This document shows positions 23,718 through 36,300 of a DNA stretch of 64,000 bases, piece after piece; positions within the stretch are counted from its first letter, which is position 1; each line of letters begins with the position of its first letter. The stretch spans positions 2,993,324-3,057,323 of the forward strand of contig BDGG01000001.1 in the NCBI GenBank assembly GCA_001949185.1, written 5' to 3'. The notes below the pieces were generated by a model, which worked only from the letters and a program-made list of their open reading frames with translations, was not told where the DNA came from and did not search any database. Made by a program: the position numbers and the translations under genes. The DNA is from Ramazzottius varieornatus. Lineage: Eukaryota > Animalia > Tardigrada.

Positions 23718-26700
23718 CTATCCCAGCACAGGCAGATTATTCGATCCCCCGAGTTCCTCGATCAGCTTGTTCCACAGTTCACGCTTGCAGGACTTGTTCC
23801 TCTTGATATCGCCTAGCAGGCCTTGGAACTGGACAGGACCATTGGAGATGCATACCGACACCTGATGCGCCGCTTTCACCGTAGCGGCAAAATCGTCGTA
23901 TTCGACGGAGGAGATCTGGTGAATCTTTTGCTGCAAACACTGACGGAACCTGCAAACAAAAGACTATTTTGGAACGCAGACAAACAAAGTCGACAAGACC
24001 GCTTTTCGAGCGGCAAAGGATTTCAGCCCTAACACTGATGACGTGCACCACTGAGGAAAACAATCTTGTCGAGTTTGTTTGTCGAACCTCCTTTCATCAT
24101 TTTGGATTTATATTTCAGTTCTGCTCGTGGACTTACATGAGTAAACTTTTCTGCAAGAGCTGGATGACATGGTTAGATTGCCGGTCGCCCGGTAGAAAGT
24201 GCGCCACATCAGATGCCAGTTCGTACAGGACATAAGGACTGGCCACTGCGTTATGCGCCACTGTGCAGAATGTCTCGATGTAGTAGTAGTTTGAATTCGA
24301 GCCAGGTTGCAGCCTTTCCAGCTTCTTCGAGACTCCCAACAGCCACTTGACAAAGTCCCCATAGGGTGGCGACTTGTCGTACTTGATCCTCCACGGAGCG
24401 TCATTTACTCTTCGGCACAGCGTGTCCATGGCCAGGATGCCCACTCTGAAGGCGGCCACCATGTACGGGTTAGGAAGAACAGGAACAGGCGCTGGCTGGT
24501 TGTGTCGGAGGTGCATCAGAGCTCCTGGATGGACCATGCCGGAAGCTGGACCCATCAGACCGTTGTGCTGTCCGTAATGGTATGGATGAGCGAAGGGGTG
24601 AAAAGGTAGATTGACGTTGCGCATCTGGTTGAAGAGGTAGGGATGATGATGAGGGTGGGGAAGGTAGGGTTGAGGCAAAAGAGGCAGGCCATACGGCGGA
24701 AGTGGCAAAAGTGGAACTGAAATCCCAATACACCGAACGAATTTTCTTACTTAATTACTCGGAAAGAGATGGAAGCTCGGTGAACAAAGCTCCGCAAGAG
24801 TGTTTTCCCAAGTGGCGCACGTTTCAATGTTACTAGTTGAAAAAGAGCGTTACTTTAAAAACAACCTTGTCGTGTTTGTTCGCCGAGCCTTCAAATATTG
24901 TGGTTCTGACTCATTTTTAGATCAGATAATTATATCATTGTTCTTAACCAAGATTTTTGGTACGAGATATCCTTATTGTTCTGTTTGTATTACGAGTACC
25001 CTTACAGATCAATTTACAGTTTCGCTATCTGTGCTGCATCTTATTCTGACGACAGCTTCAGTTCTTACCGGGTTGATTGTTGTTGGGCCATACGCCGATC
25101 TCAAACTGCTCAGGCATGGGTTCGCCGACGGTCTCACTGTACAGTTCGTACCACTTTCGGGACACGTCAAACAGTGCTTCTGGGTAGACACCTCCGCTCT
25201 TCGCGCAAGTCTCGACGGCAGTCAGAGCTTGTTCCAGCATGGCATAGCTCTGTTCCTTACATTGAACAAGTGCTCGCTGGATCTCGAGAGGGTTCAAAGC
25301 GTGGGAGTGTGGAAGAATGGATAGGGCTAACTGGGCGGCGGCAGAGACCATATTAGAGTCGGCACATCGAGAGGCTTTGTCTGCTAGGACCGCGACTTCC
25401 GGTGGCGTCAGGTGGCCCTCCCAGTTGTCAACTAGGAAGTTCACCGCGCTGACACCGATGTCCATAGCTTGGGAAGTTATCCACGAAACATAGGATGAGT
25501 ACGTTCGCGACTGCCAGTTTGGACTGACGCAGTTATGGATACCTGAAACAGAACAATACAGTGCAATAATAATGAACCCAACACGGCCTTGACAGCCTGT
25601 GAACAAGGCCGTGCCGCTGATATTACTATTCTAGAAGAAGTACGACGCGGATAGCCGAAAGCAAATACCGAGAAAGCAACTCCACTGGGAGTGCCCAGTG
25701 GAAAAGCTGGATTAACTCAAACGAATTTAGATGTGATAATAAGAACGAAGATTTACCCAGGGCGGATATGCCAATCTGGAAAGCACACATGTGGAGTGCC
25801 CGATGAGGACCAGCTTGCTGGTGTCCCCACGCCGGTTGGAAAAGGATGCTATGATTCACATTGCCACCCGCCTTGGCCAACACAGTCTTAGCTAACTCAA
25901 ACAAGAAGTGTGAGATCGCTTCGCTAGGTTGGTTAGGTTCAGAAGGACACTTCCTTTTGTTGCCTTTACCAGCCTTCGAACTGCTAGGAGCTGACTCGAG
26001 AAACACAGGAACGGCACGCGGTGTAGCCATGCTGGGTACAATGGCTTCGTCTTCTGGCTTCAGTGAAGAGCCACGCGAATCCGTACTGGAGGACTCCCCA
26101 CTGGATGTAGCGCTATCGGGGTCCTTCGGATGCTTCCCTCGAGGAAAACGACGGATCATGGTGGGACTGTTGTCACTGCTGGTAGTCTCCGGTGCGGAAC
26201 TGTCAATACCACCCGGGAGTCCATCACCGTGCTTCTTTCTAGGCTTGAAAACCGTACACCTAAATACAGTATCTTTCAGAAGATGTTCATAAAGTTTTGC
26301 TTGCATATTGTTTCCCTAAATTATTTTTTCTATTTCTTTCTTAAACATATTTGTTTTTATTTTTAGTTTTTGGCGAATAGTTTTACCGTAATTTATTTTC
26401 CCACAGCTTGTCGTCTTCGACTGTGGATGAGTCTTCCGAGTTGTTATCTGCGGTCAGTTTCATCCCCGAGAATTTGGATTGGCATTGCTCAGCTTGGTGA
26501 TCGAAACTGAATGGCTTAGCTGTTGAGTGGTACGGGTGGACTTCCTGGTTCGAATTCTGTGGGTTCTGGTCCACCATGTTCTTGATCTGGGCAAACGATA
26601 TAGGATAGTCTTTCGCTGTTTCGAACGATGCCCGACGGTATTGGTGGACGTTCTTGTCCAGTAAGTGGTCCATAACGCGATCCAACTTAGCTTGATCGTC

Positions 26701-29700
26701 TTTGAAGGTTACCAGAAGGGCACAGGCCAGCTCGCCCCGTTGTCGTCGAGTACCTTCACAGACTAATGGATGGTCGGCTTCTGAGACATTGTTCTTCATA
26801 CCCAGAGCGGCAACCGCAGCTTCGAAACCCAGCTCAGCATCCAGATGTTCCTTTCTCTTGAAAGCCGACCGGAAGTTCTCTGCAAATGATGAGTATACTT
26901 ACACGGAACAATTAGAAAATCTGGCACGCCCCTGAGTGGCCTGCGAGTATCCAACAAGGCCGTGCCGCAAGCTCAGTTTCAGTTGTTTTGAATTCCCAAT
27001 CACCTTTTTCGTGGTCGAAGCCACAGAACACGCCAAAAATGTACGTAGCAAGGTTCAGCGGAAGTAATGCGTCGCCCCGTGACCGCAAAGCACCGTCTCT
27101 CAGCGCTCGTGCTTTCTGTCGAGCGACACTGAGTTCTTCCGGCCCAAGTGTCACTTTTTTCAGAAGGTTAACCAGCTCGATCTCCTGGTGGAACATCTTC
27201 ACTTCAACAGCTTTACTGATGGACGGCGGTCGAGCCATCTCAAGGCCGAACAAGCCAATGCGGAAAGCGAGGCTGCGAGTTTCGGCTTTGTCAGCCAGGA
27301 CGTTGGTCAAGAAGATCAGCTTGACCATGGTGGCTTCACACATGGCCGTGATCTTGTGAGCCACCCGTTTCTTGGTGGTGGAGGTGGACTGAAGAAGGCT
27401 GTGTTCTAGTTTGAGGAAGTCTGGCGGACTGCGAAGAAGCCCTTCGCCCAGCTGGATGGCCAGCTTGTGAGCAGCCTCGTTGTAGCCGTGCACCAGGAGC
27501 GCGTCGGCCCGCAAGTACAGCATCTCGAACTTGTCCACGTTGTCGACGGATGATGAAGCTTCGGAACTTCTGAGAGTGGATGGTTCAGCTTCAACGGAAT
27601 CGCTGTCTGAATCCGACTTCGGTCCTGCAAAACGGAACACTTTTCACTTGGCAGCTCGAAATCTACGTGAAATAATCGCAGGAAATTGTTGGTTCGCTTC
27701 TTCCCCGAAACGCACGGAAAATTTCATCTAAATAAATGAACACGGTTGATATTTATCGAACGATTAAATAGTGTTCGGTGCTTAAGCTAAGACCTTTTTG
27801 CTTTGGAATTTCGGTACGAGTGATATATTTTGTTGCGTGGAATATTTTCCCACCTTCATGGACGAAAGCCTCGTCCCGTGCTTCAACAGTATTGCTCTTG
27901 CGACTCTCGTTGAGCGAGATGCAATGCGTGCCTTGGATTTGCGGCGAAGAAGAAGCCTTAGCATCACTTCCTTCAGTGCCGAGTTTTCCTCGTGTCAATC
28001 TCAAATGGTGCATCGAGTTGCCACCTACAATCGTCACACCGTCTACTGGGTAGTTCTTCCAGTTCAACGTGCACATCTCCATGGCTGGTTTAAACCCCGC
28101 AAAGTGTGCTATGTCCGACGGTCGCAGCCCACCAGGGTTCCCAGCCACGTTCTGGCCATGCGCGTTCTGGTTCTTGGACTTTTTGACCTTCTCGATGACT
28201 TGGTTATGGTAGCTTTCGAACTGCTGACGTAGCGTACTACGGTCTTCATCCGAGTTCGCAGGGTTCAGCGCGGCCAGTTTCCAGAAGGTGACGATCTCGT
28301 CCATTAAACTTGCGCTAGCGTGCTGTGGCGTCGCGTTGGAGATGCCAGTACCCACACGACCTAGTGAAGGACTTGCTACGTTGGAAGACCCGTGAGAGAC
28401 CTTCGTGCTGTACCACCATACCACAATCTGCAAAGACAACCAACCTCGAAAATCGTTTATTTTTGTCCGTGTGGCAAGTATTACCTGTTCGCAAGCCAAG
28501 CATTCATTCGTGATGATTGTCAGCAAATCCACTGCGTTGTTGTCCGCCTTACGGAACATTTCTTTGATGATGGACAGAAGGTTCCACATGCCTTCTGGCT
28601 CCTTCCCGCGAAGAGGTCGCAGCAGGTTCGACCATTCGGCAGCGGCAGGTGGCGCTGTCGCCGACAGGTAATTTACGTCACTGGAAAAGATCGGTTCATG
28701 CTTTTTGAAATTAGCCAACGCGACAGGGAAGGGTACTCGTACCTGCAGACCGTGGGGGACGGGATGCAAAACTTGACTAGCAAGTTTCGAATGTTTTCCC
28801 GCAGCAAAGTTTCGTTCAAGCACCACGAGCTCATTTCATGCAGCGTGCATTCAGCTGTGGGGTCAGGAGCACCGTCAGTTGTGTTCATTACGGACATGGG
28901 CTGAAGGAGCTCGTCCAGCAGTTTCTGAGCGGTGGGAAGAGCTTGCCGTGGTAGCTCGTGGAGGAAGTACTGAGCAAATTTCCATAATTGATTCTTGTCC
29001 AAACGGGACAGGGACTCCGAGAGCGGAGCTCGAAGCGTACTGGACTGAGCCTACCAGAACAAAGTGTGTCGCGGTTGTTTTCCCTCACAATAAGTATCGG
29101 CGTCTTGATTTGATGTACTACCTGATGGAGTCTCTGGAGACAAACAGCCACAATGTGACTGCACCATGTTGCCACATCTGCTTTGTCGCAAGTACAACTA
29201 CAGGAGGTGATTCGATTGCGATCGAATGTGATTGCCACATTGAAAGCAGCGGCGCCAGCGCCGCCGACAGCCGGAGGAACTACGGATGCGTTTAGATGCA
29301 ACCCTGTAAGCAAACACTGTTGAACTACAGAGGATGTATTTTCGTTCTTCTCACTTGACGTCCTCCCATCAACGAACTCAAGGACATACCGATTTGCAGC
29401 AAATTTTTCACGAGCTTTTGCCGGTAGAGCGTCTCCCCTTTCAAGAATTCTTCGGCATTCCCAGTCGACAAACAGCAATACAAGCTAAAATGAAGATGCT
29501 TTTGTAACTAACAACTTATGACTGCCGCAGATACTGGCGAATATTTTCTGTTCTGTAAATGTACCGTATATCTTCCTCGTTGTCGGGAAAGCTCCAAAAC
29601 GCTATCCTCTTTTGCAGCTGCTCGGGAACAGGAGGATTATGTCGATCGACCAGCTCAAAGGGAACGCGTCGTGCGACTTGTCGAGCTGCTAATTCCACCA

Positions 29701-30031
29701 AAGACGGCAGCTCTCCCTCATCTGAAAAGGCAACAAAGGGTCTTCAAATATCTGAAAGCCCTCACCGGGTAATGCACTGGCATGATAATGGTGCTACGAC
29801 AGTACCCGATATCGACATGAGCGTCCTTTGGGGCTGCGGACTGGGGCCACTTCCGGTGGCAGTTGGAGGCTTCTTCCACCCTTGCCAGTTGTTGTTCGAA
29901 GAAGACTCCGTCTCGAAGGAGCAGATGGACTCATCTTCGAAACGGTCGCTGTCGTCGAACGATGCGTGGTCTTGCTCCCCCTCCTGCTCCTGCTGTTCCT
30001 GCACATTCTCATCCCAGGCTTCAAACATCAT
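23718..30031 (-). CDS. ZSWIM8: Zinc finger SWIM domain-containing protein 8 (EBAX-1/Dorado orthologue), cullin-RING ligase substrate receptor, multi-exon
   Basis: LVELAARQVA...PPVPEQLQKRIAFWSFP; SWIM finger ITSCSCTC..WCSHIVAVCL; WKFAQYFLHELP; GAPDPTA; HFLFELAKTVLAKAGG; GPHRALHMCAFQIG; SPNWQSRTYSSYVSWI; AFRVGILAM. Confidence 0.95.
23979..24083. repeat. Family A palindromic element copy 2 (ZSWIM8 last intron)
   Basis: gacaaacaaagtcgacaaga...acgtgcaccactgaggaaaacaatcttgtcgagtttgtttgtc. Confidence 0.7.
24772..24892. repeat. Family A palindromic element copy 3 (ZSWIM8 intron)
   Basis: gctcggtgaacaaa...ttcccaagtggcgcacgttt...cttgtcgtgtttgttcgccgagc. Confidence 0.75.
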
Positions 30032-30752
30032 CTCCTCACACGGTTGCTGCGATCAGAGCTTGCAATCAGCACTCCTTCCAGGGCTACCTCTCTGAAATAA
30101 AACCAGTCAAGTCTGTATTGTCAAGCAGGAGAATGCAAAGGAAACTTACATCGAAGGATTTGAACTGCAGTGGTGCGTGATGTGGACCTGTTTTCGAGAC
30201 AGATAACAAAGTCTGACACTGACAAAGGTTCGAATGCAGCGATATCGTTCAAGCTAACTGTAAAGGTTTGCACAACTGCTCATTGTCATCCTGCCGTTCC
30301 TCCCAGAGAGTGTCTTTCTCCACACGTCATCCGCTGACATCATCGATGAAGCAGGCTCTTGCTCATGATAATCACCCCTCGGCCTCCGTGACGAAGAGTC
30401 GAAGAAACAGCAACGGTAACCTGGTTTCGAAATTTTGTGCGTTGAATGGGAAACAGACGATCAATAACCTGGCGAATCAACCGCAGCGTGTGGTGGCCAA
30501 TCTCATTCATTCTTTCATTCACCAATCACAGACGTCTAGACCAGCGTGACCACACCCGTTCAGATATTAGCGGCCAAGTTTCCAATCAATGAGTACCCAG
30601 ACAGGCTTGTTGTGGTTTTGAATGAATCCACAGCCAAAAAAGCACTAACTTAGTAGCACTTCCGGTCCACAATCGACATTGCTTTTGCAATTTTTGCCTT
30701 TGGTGCCGAATTCCTGCAAGCCTTTGGATAAGAGTCAGGAAGCGCTTCAACC

Positions 30753-32726
30753 ATGGAGGGAACACCGGATGGGACAGCTTCCGTTGATGGAGGAGCTCCC
30801 ACTGAAACCGCACTACCCGGAGCAGAGTCTGTCATAGAGCACCTTCCCTACGATGTCCTCCTGCTACTGAGCAAGTATATGAGACCTCAGGATCTTATAG
30901 GTGGACTTTCCGCCTGTAACAAGCAGCTTCACAAGATGTTCGCCAGCTCGGAATTCTGGGAAGAGCGCATCCGAACGGCTTGCAAGGACTACCATAGCTT
31001 TCTGGAGAAAATGCAGCGATCTGCTGCTGTTCCCGATCCACAGTTCTGGCAGAAGCGGGTATCGCAGTGGCAAACGATCCATCACAACTTCCTGTGGAAC
31101 AACCTAAACGCCAAACTATTGGGCGAGGTAAGGATTATCTAATTTGTGTACGGCCGGCGACGTTTAGGTTTTGTTTCCGGCAGACCGGGTTATCTGTCAA
31201 ATGTTTGCTCCTGCCGATTTAGGAGAACCAACAGTATCTGGGAAACTTCCGTGCACTCTCATTCGCCGGGCAAGGTAAAGCTTCAAACCAGCTCTACTTG
31301 TATTTCCCAACGCTTTCATATCTACGCGTTTTTTCTAGGTCGCTGTTTGGCGTATATCGCAAAAGATCGGTACAGTACTTCCGTCTGGAAATTAGGGGAC
31401 CGATCGCTGGACAACAAAGAACCGGAACTAATCACATTCAAGGACCATGATGTGAGTTACAGACCTCGGGTAACTACTACAACCCATCCTCATTTCTCCA
31501 GGTGCGGTTTATGGGTGAAGTTATATTTCAGCAACGAATGATGTCCCTGCGTTCCCTGGGAAATTCCATCAGCACAGGCGCATGGGATGGCTTTATTGCT
31601 GTCAGGGATCTGGAAAGATCAAGTGGCGCTCCTTCTGCTAAATTTTGGTGAGTGACTGTTGACTGGTGTTTGAGCATGTTGACACTAATGAAAACGGGTG
31701 AGTCTCGTAGCTCGGCTGGCTTCATCATGGACCATGCGTGGCAAGAGAACTGCATCGTTTGCGGGACACGCGGCGGCTTGGTAAGCTTCGTGTGGACGTA
31801 CTAATCCGCTTGTTTACCAGGCTTTGATACTAAAATTAGAGATGAGCTCATCGGGCTCGTCACATTTTTACCCATAATAACCACGACCCTGCTGTTTTGT
31901 AGCTGGAGATATTCGACATCCGCGCAGGAGAAGATTCGCAGGCACGCGGCAAACTCTTTTCACCCTCGGCGATCTGCAACGATATCAAGATGCACATGAA
32001 GGACCACGACCTGGTACTAATATTTCAATTTACGTAGTCAACGATAGAAAACTTCACAAATATTCCAAACAACAGCGAGGAAAGTGACCGGAGGACTCGG
32101 AAGCCTATAATGAGTCGTTGCAGATAATCGCAGGCTGGGACAATGGTGTGCGGATCATCAAGAAGTTCGATCTTCGCAACTATGAAACCGTGGCCGATGT
32201 GGAACCCGGAACCTACAACGTCTCGATGGCCGTGTCGGACAACCGAGTGTTTGTAGGAGCGGACAGAGGGAAGGTGATGGAGTTTGACGGGACATTCTTG
32301 GAACTTGTCCATGATTACTCGGCCGCTTTCGGCCATGTGAAAAACTTGGGGTTCGTATTGCTGTAGGGTAATACACAGAGACAAATTGGGACTGTTATTT
32401 TCTGTGTTGATTAGGTGGCTTCCCGATGTGGCGTTCCTGGAATGCGTAAGAAGTATCAAATACGCTGACGGACACGTCTTCACCGCTGACCTGCGACAAG
32501 TGAAGGTCCACGAAGTGGCCAACATGCCGAAGCTTTTATGGGAAGAAGAAATTGGTAAGAACGGTCTTTTCAGTGGATACTGTGACGGTTTGTTGCCGAA
32601 TACAAAATGTTCTGTTGGGTTTTTCCAGTGTTCAGCGAACTCGCATTCTGCAAAGAACGCTGTATGCTGGCCGCCGCAGTTGGCTATACGCCAGATCAAA
32701 TCAAGCTCTTCACACCGAAGCCATAA
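30753..32726 (+). CDS. F-box protein with a probable C-terminal WD40-like propeller, multi-exon
   Basis: F-box IEHLPYDVLLLLSKYMRPQDLIGGLSACNKQLHKMFASSEFW; WD-like segments (ISTGAWDG, IVCGTRGG..EIFDIR, IIAGWDNGVRIIKKFDLR); spliced stop at 32724-32726. Confidence 0.8.
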
Positions 32727-33358
32727 AACTGACAACACTTGTAAAGAGCGTTTGTAAAGACGTTTGTAAAGAGCGATTTAGCGAAGGTTCGCTATTGCAG
32801 CTGTGTATATTTGTGGTACTTCATACAGAGTTAATCTTTTGGCTTCGGTGCACACTGTGTACCATCTTGAGCATTTGAAAGCTTTTCAACTTTATCTTTC
32901 AACTTGTTGATCCAAAAAGCCCGGTGATAGCAACCGACGCGGAAGCCTTCAGTGAGTTCGGTCTTTACTTCTGTAACCTTTCGCGACCAAGGTCCTGTGG
33001 TTTTTACTATACTGTGAAAGTTTACGCTACTCTGTTTATGATTCGTTGTGAATCTATAAGAAGGCACGATTGCCAACGGCGACATTTTGTACCAAGAAGT
33101 CTCATTGACGATCCAAGACCCGAAAACACAGTATTGAATATTCATTAGGCATCTACAAAATCAACCACCAAACTACGACGCGTACCCAGCAGTAAGCGTA
33201 ATGGCAACAGGGAAAGAACCTTTGAGACTTTCGACCGGAATCAAAAAAGTTAGCGGAAAGGGTTGGCAAGAAACGCTCCGCGAACCCATCATCTATACAA
33301 AAGGTAAATCACAACAACAGAAAAGTAATTTCCAAAAGTGTATGAAAGAGACCTAATC

Positions 33359-36300
33359 TCAAAAGGTGAAAGTTGGTCGGGGACGATCGAGGTGCAGGCC
33401 GTCAATCATATCGTCTTCCGGGGCCTCGAAACCTTCGTTGTCCGATCCGGAGTCTACGGCAGAGTCAACCGACAAGACCGTCTTCAGCTTCTTTTTCGCC
33501 ACTTCCATCACTGACGAAGGCTCTGTCTGACATTCCACCGAGAGCCGACTAACCTGCAGAAACAATCCATTCCATTTTAAATTTTCTATGTTGTTCCACT
33601 CGGTTGGTTGATTGTTGATTTGTTGTTTACTCACATGAATATTTCTTTTTGAGTATTTTCAGAAAATCTATGGATAGTGTTTGGTTACCTCTTTCTCGAG
33701 GGCGTTCAATAGCGGGTAACTTTGAGCATTACTGGGACCTGAGAGGCGGACACTGGGGCTTGTCATGGCGAAGCTATGAGTGCTACCACTGTTAGGCTGG
33801 GAACCCAAACCGGTTTCGGCAGAGGCCACGCGCGAGCGGCGCTTCTCCACTCCATCACTGGCCTCATCTTCATAATTTGACTGGTATATTATGTCATGCA
33901 GCGCATCCATAATCTTTTGGTTCTTATCTAGAGTGCCGCTTTTCGATGACGATGGAGAGCTGTGTGCGGTCCGTGAAAGGTCGCCGTCCATCGGAAGGCT
34001 GTCAGCGATACTTGTCATGTCGAGACTTCCTCCGCTTATGCTGGCCGTCTCACTCAGAGTACCACAACCGCTATCTCGTTGAGCTTGGTCATCTTTGGCG
34101 CGTCTTTGGAGGTGGATTTGCTCGCTGATTCCCTCAAGGTTAGACAAGCCTTCCGCGTAGGCCGACTTGGCTTGAGCGATGGACTGCTCCAGTTGATGCA
34201 CTTTGAGCTTCTCTTTCTGCAAACAGAACCGAATTTTACAGATTCCGTCGTCTTACTCTGAACAACCTTTTCAATTTTGATCTTTCAAGATATTCAATCT
34301 CAAAAATATCATCCAGTAAAATAAACCCGATACCTATCGGAACCCTTTTCCGCGATTTCTGAATATTTCGAATAAACAGTATTCTCACTCTTTTCTTCTT
34401 GGGTATCTTCTACAGACGTTCCGGACAACATTTTAGGTCGCTATGTCTTTCCGCGATAACTTTAGGGTAAAGAGCATTGTGTTTTCTACTGTCAACATGT
34501 TTGTTGCACTTTTCTCGCTAAAAGTCTAGTGATGCATACCAAAGGCAGTAAGAAATGACTTGCATAGTCACGCTTACGGCTCATAATTGATTAGTCTTAC
34601 CTCGACAAAATGGTTGAGCTGCGCATACAGTTCGTAGTAGGGTTTCGACTTGTTAATCGACGATCTGAACTTCTTTTCCAATAACTTGACTTTAATATCC
34701 GTTTCAGCGACAACCTTCGAGGCCTGCCAGTGTTCGCGTTGGCGCGTGCGAAGGTCCTGCTCGCACTGCAGCACCTGCGAGTGGCGAACAAGCACCAGTC
34801 AATAACATTTCAACAAGCCGTCATATTAGGCAAACTGTTCAAACTCTCAAAGTGTCACGAGCAAAGGAACTCGATAGGCGCGAACTATTACGGACAATAC
34901 TGTCCCGTGGTTCGCGACCTCCAAACGAACGACCACGACTGATGCAATCCTCACCTTCTTCGTCGAGTAATTGAGCATTTCTTGCCAGGTTTCGTCCAGT
35001 TTGCCACCTAGGTTAGACACGACATTTTTTAGCAACTAGGTCCAGTTCTTTGTCTATCTCCTTCTGCTTCTTTACAGTACGGAAGAACGAAAGACAGCCA
35101 TCTTTCAACCACTTGCGTACGGTGGTACGCACACTTGATGTGATACGCAAGTGCAGTATACAAGTAGCTGAAGATGTGGAAGTGGGGCTCCTCATCCACC
35201 TGCATGCAATGACAATTACAGCGCCATTCACTGTAACACCGGAGCATGCAGGTGTGGGAAGAACGCCGACATTTCGTTCCGTTGCTGGGTTTTATATTTT
35301 ATATGTCCATCCCGTTTCCGTTTTTGACTTGTAACATCGCACTACCTTGTCGTGTTAGACCCTCTTCGGTCAGCTTGACAATTTCCTTGCTAGCTCGCAA
35401 GCTTGCATTGGCCTTCTCGAACAGCAGCGCGGCTTGCTGGAGTTCCGTTTGTGCCTGCAGCCAAAAAGACAAGCATAAGCCTCACATACTATCTCAAAAA
35501 CAAACTGATGGAGAGAATAAGCGCCGTTCATATGCCACTTCGTCGTACACTCTATGAGATGATGGAATGTGGCTACGGCGAATTCTTAAACGTCGTCTTC
35601 TTGCATGTTTGTATTGTGCTATTCTCCACACCATCGCACGAGACGATGAACAGCGCCAAAGATATAATAGTGCGCATGATCACCATAACATTTGCGGATG
35701 CCAACCGAAATATTATGGTGTGCGCATTCTTTAGCGCTTGAAGTGCGTTAGTAGCGCTCGAAAGCGAGAAACCTCGAATACCGTAAAGTGACGTTCGAGA
35801 GAGTTCTCCGCCATATTGGGCTTTCGCTGCGGTAATACCAACTGTCAATGTCTGTGTCGGCGAACGAGGCGAGTAATGGGTGATCAGAATGTTAAACGAG
35901 GTCGTCCACCACATTCCACTCTTTGTGATGCCCTCGTAAAATCACGATCATAGGTCTCGGCTTGTTTGATGATCATACTAGCCTAAACCATACGATATTA
36001 ATGCGATACCTTTTTGAGATCGACGCGAGACTCGTAGTATGGCCGTGATTTCTGAATACATTTTCCCAGGCTCAGGGCTAAGGAGTGCAACTGTTGTGTC
36101 ATCTGGCAGAAAGCTTGCCGACCAGCGGCCTTTGCCTCCTGGAGAAAAGAAACAAGAAGTAAAACCAAAACCATACAAATGTGCAAACACTGGGAGCTCG
36201 GCGACGAGAATCGATCTGACTGTTCTCCCAAGTGGCGCATGATTCCAGCCAATATCACCGAAAACGTGCGCCACTTGGGGAGATGATCTAATAGGGTTTG

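Noticed and set aside
32738-32776. Three copies of ttgtaaaga(g)cg in the F-box 3' region
   Set aside because: Short slippage-type tandem repeat with no spacers; not CRISPR
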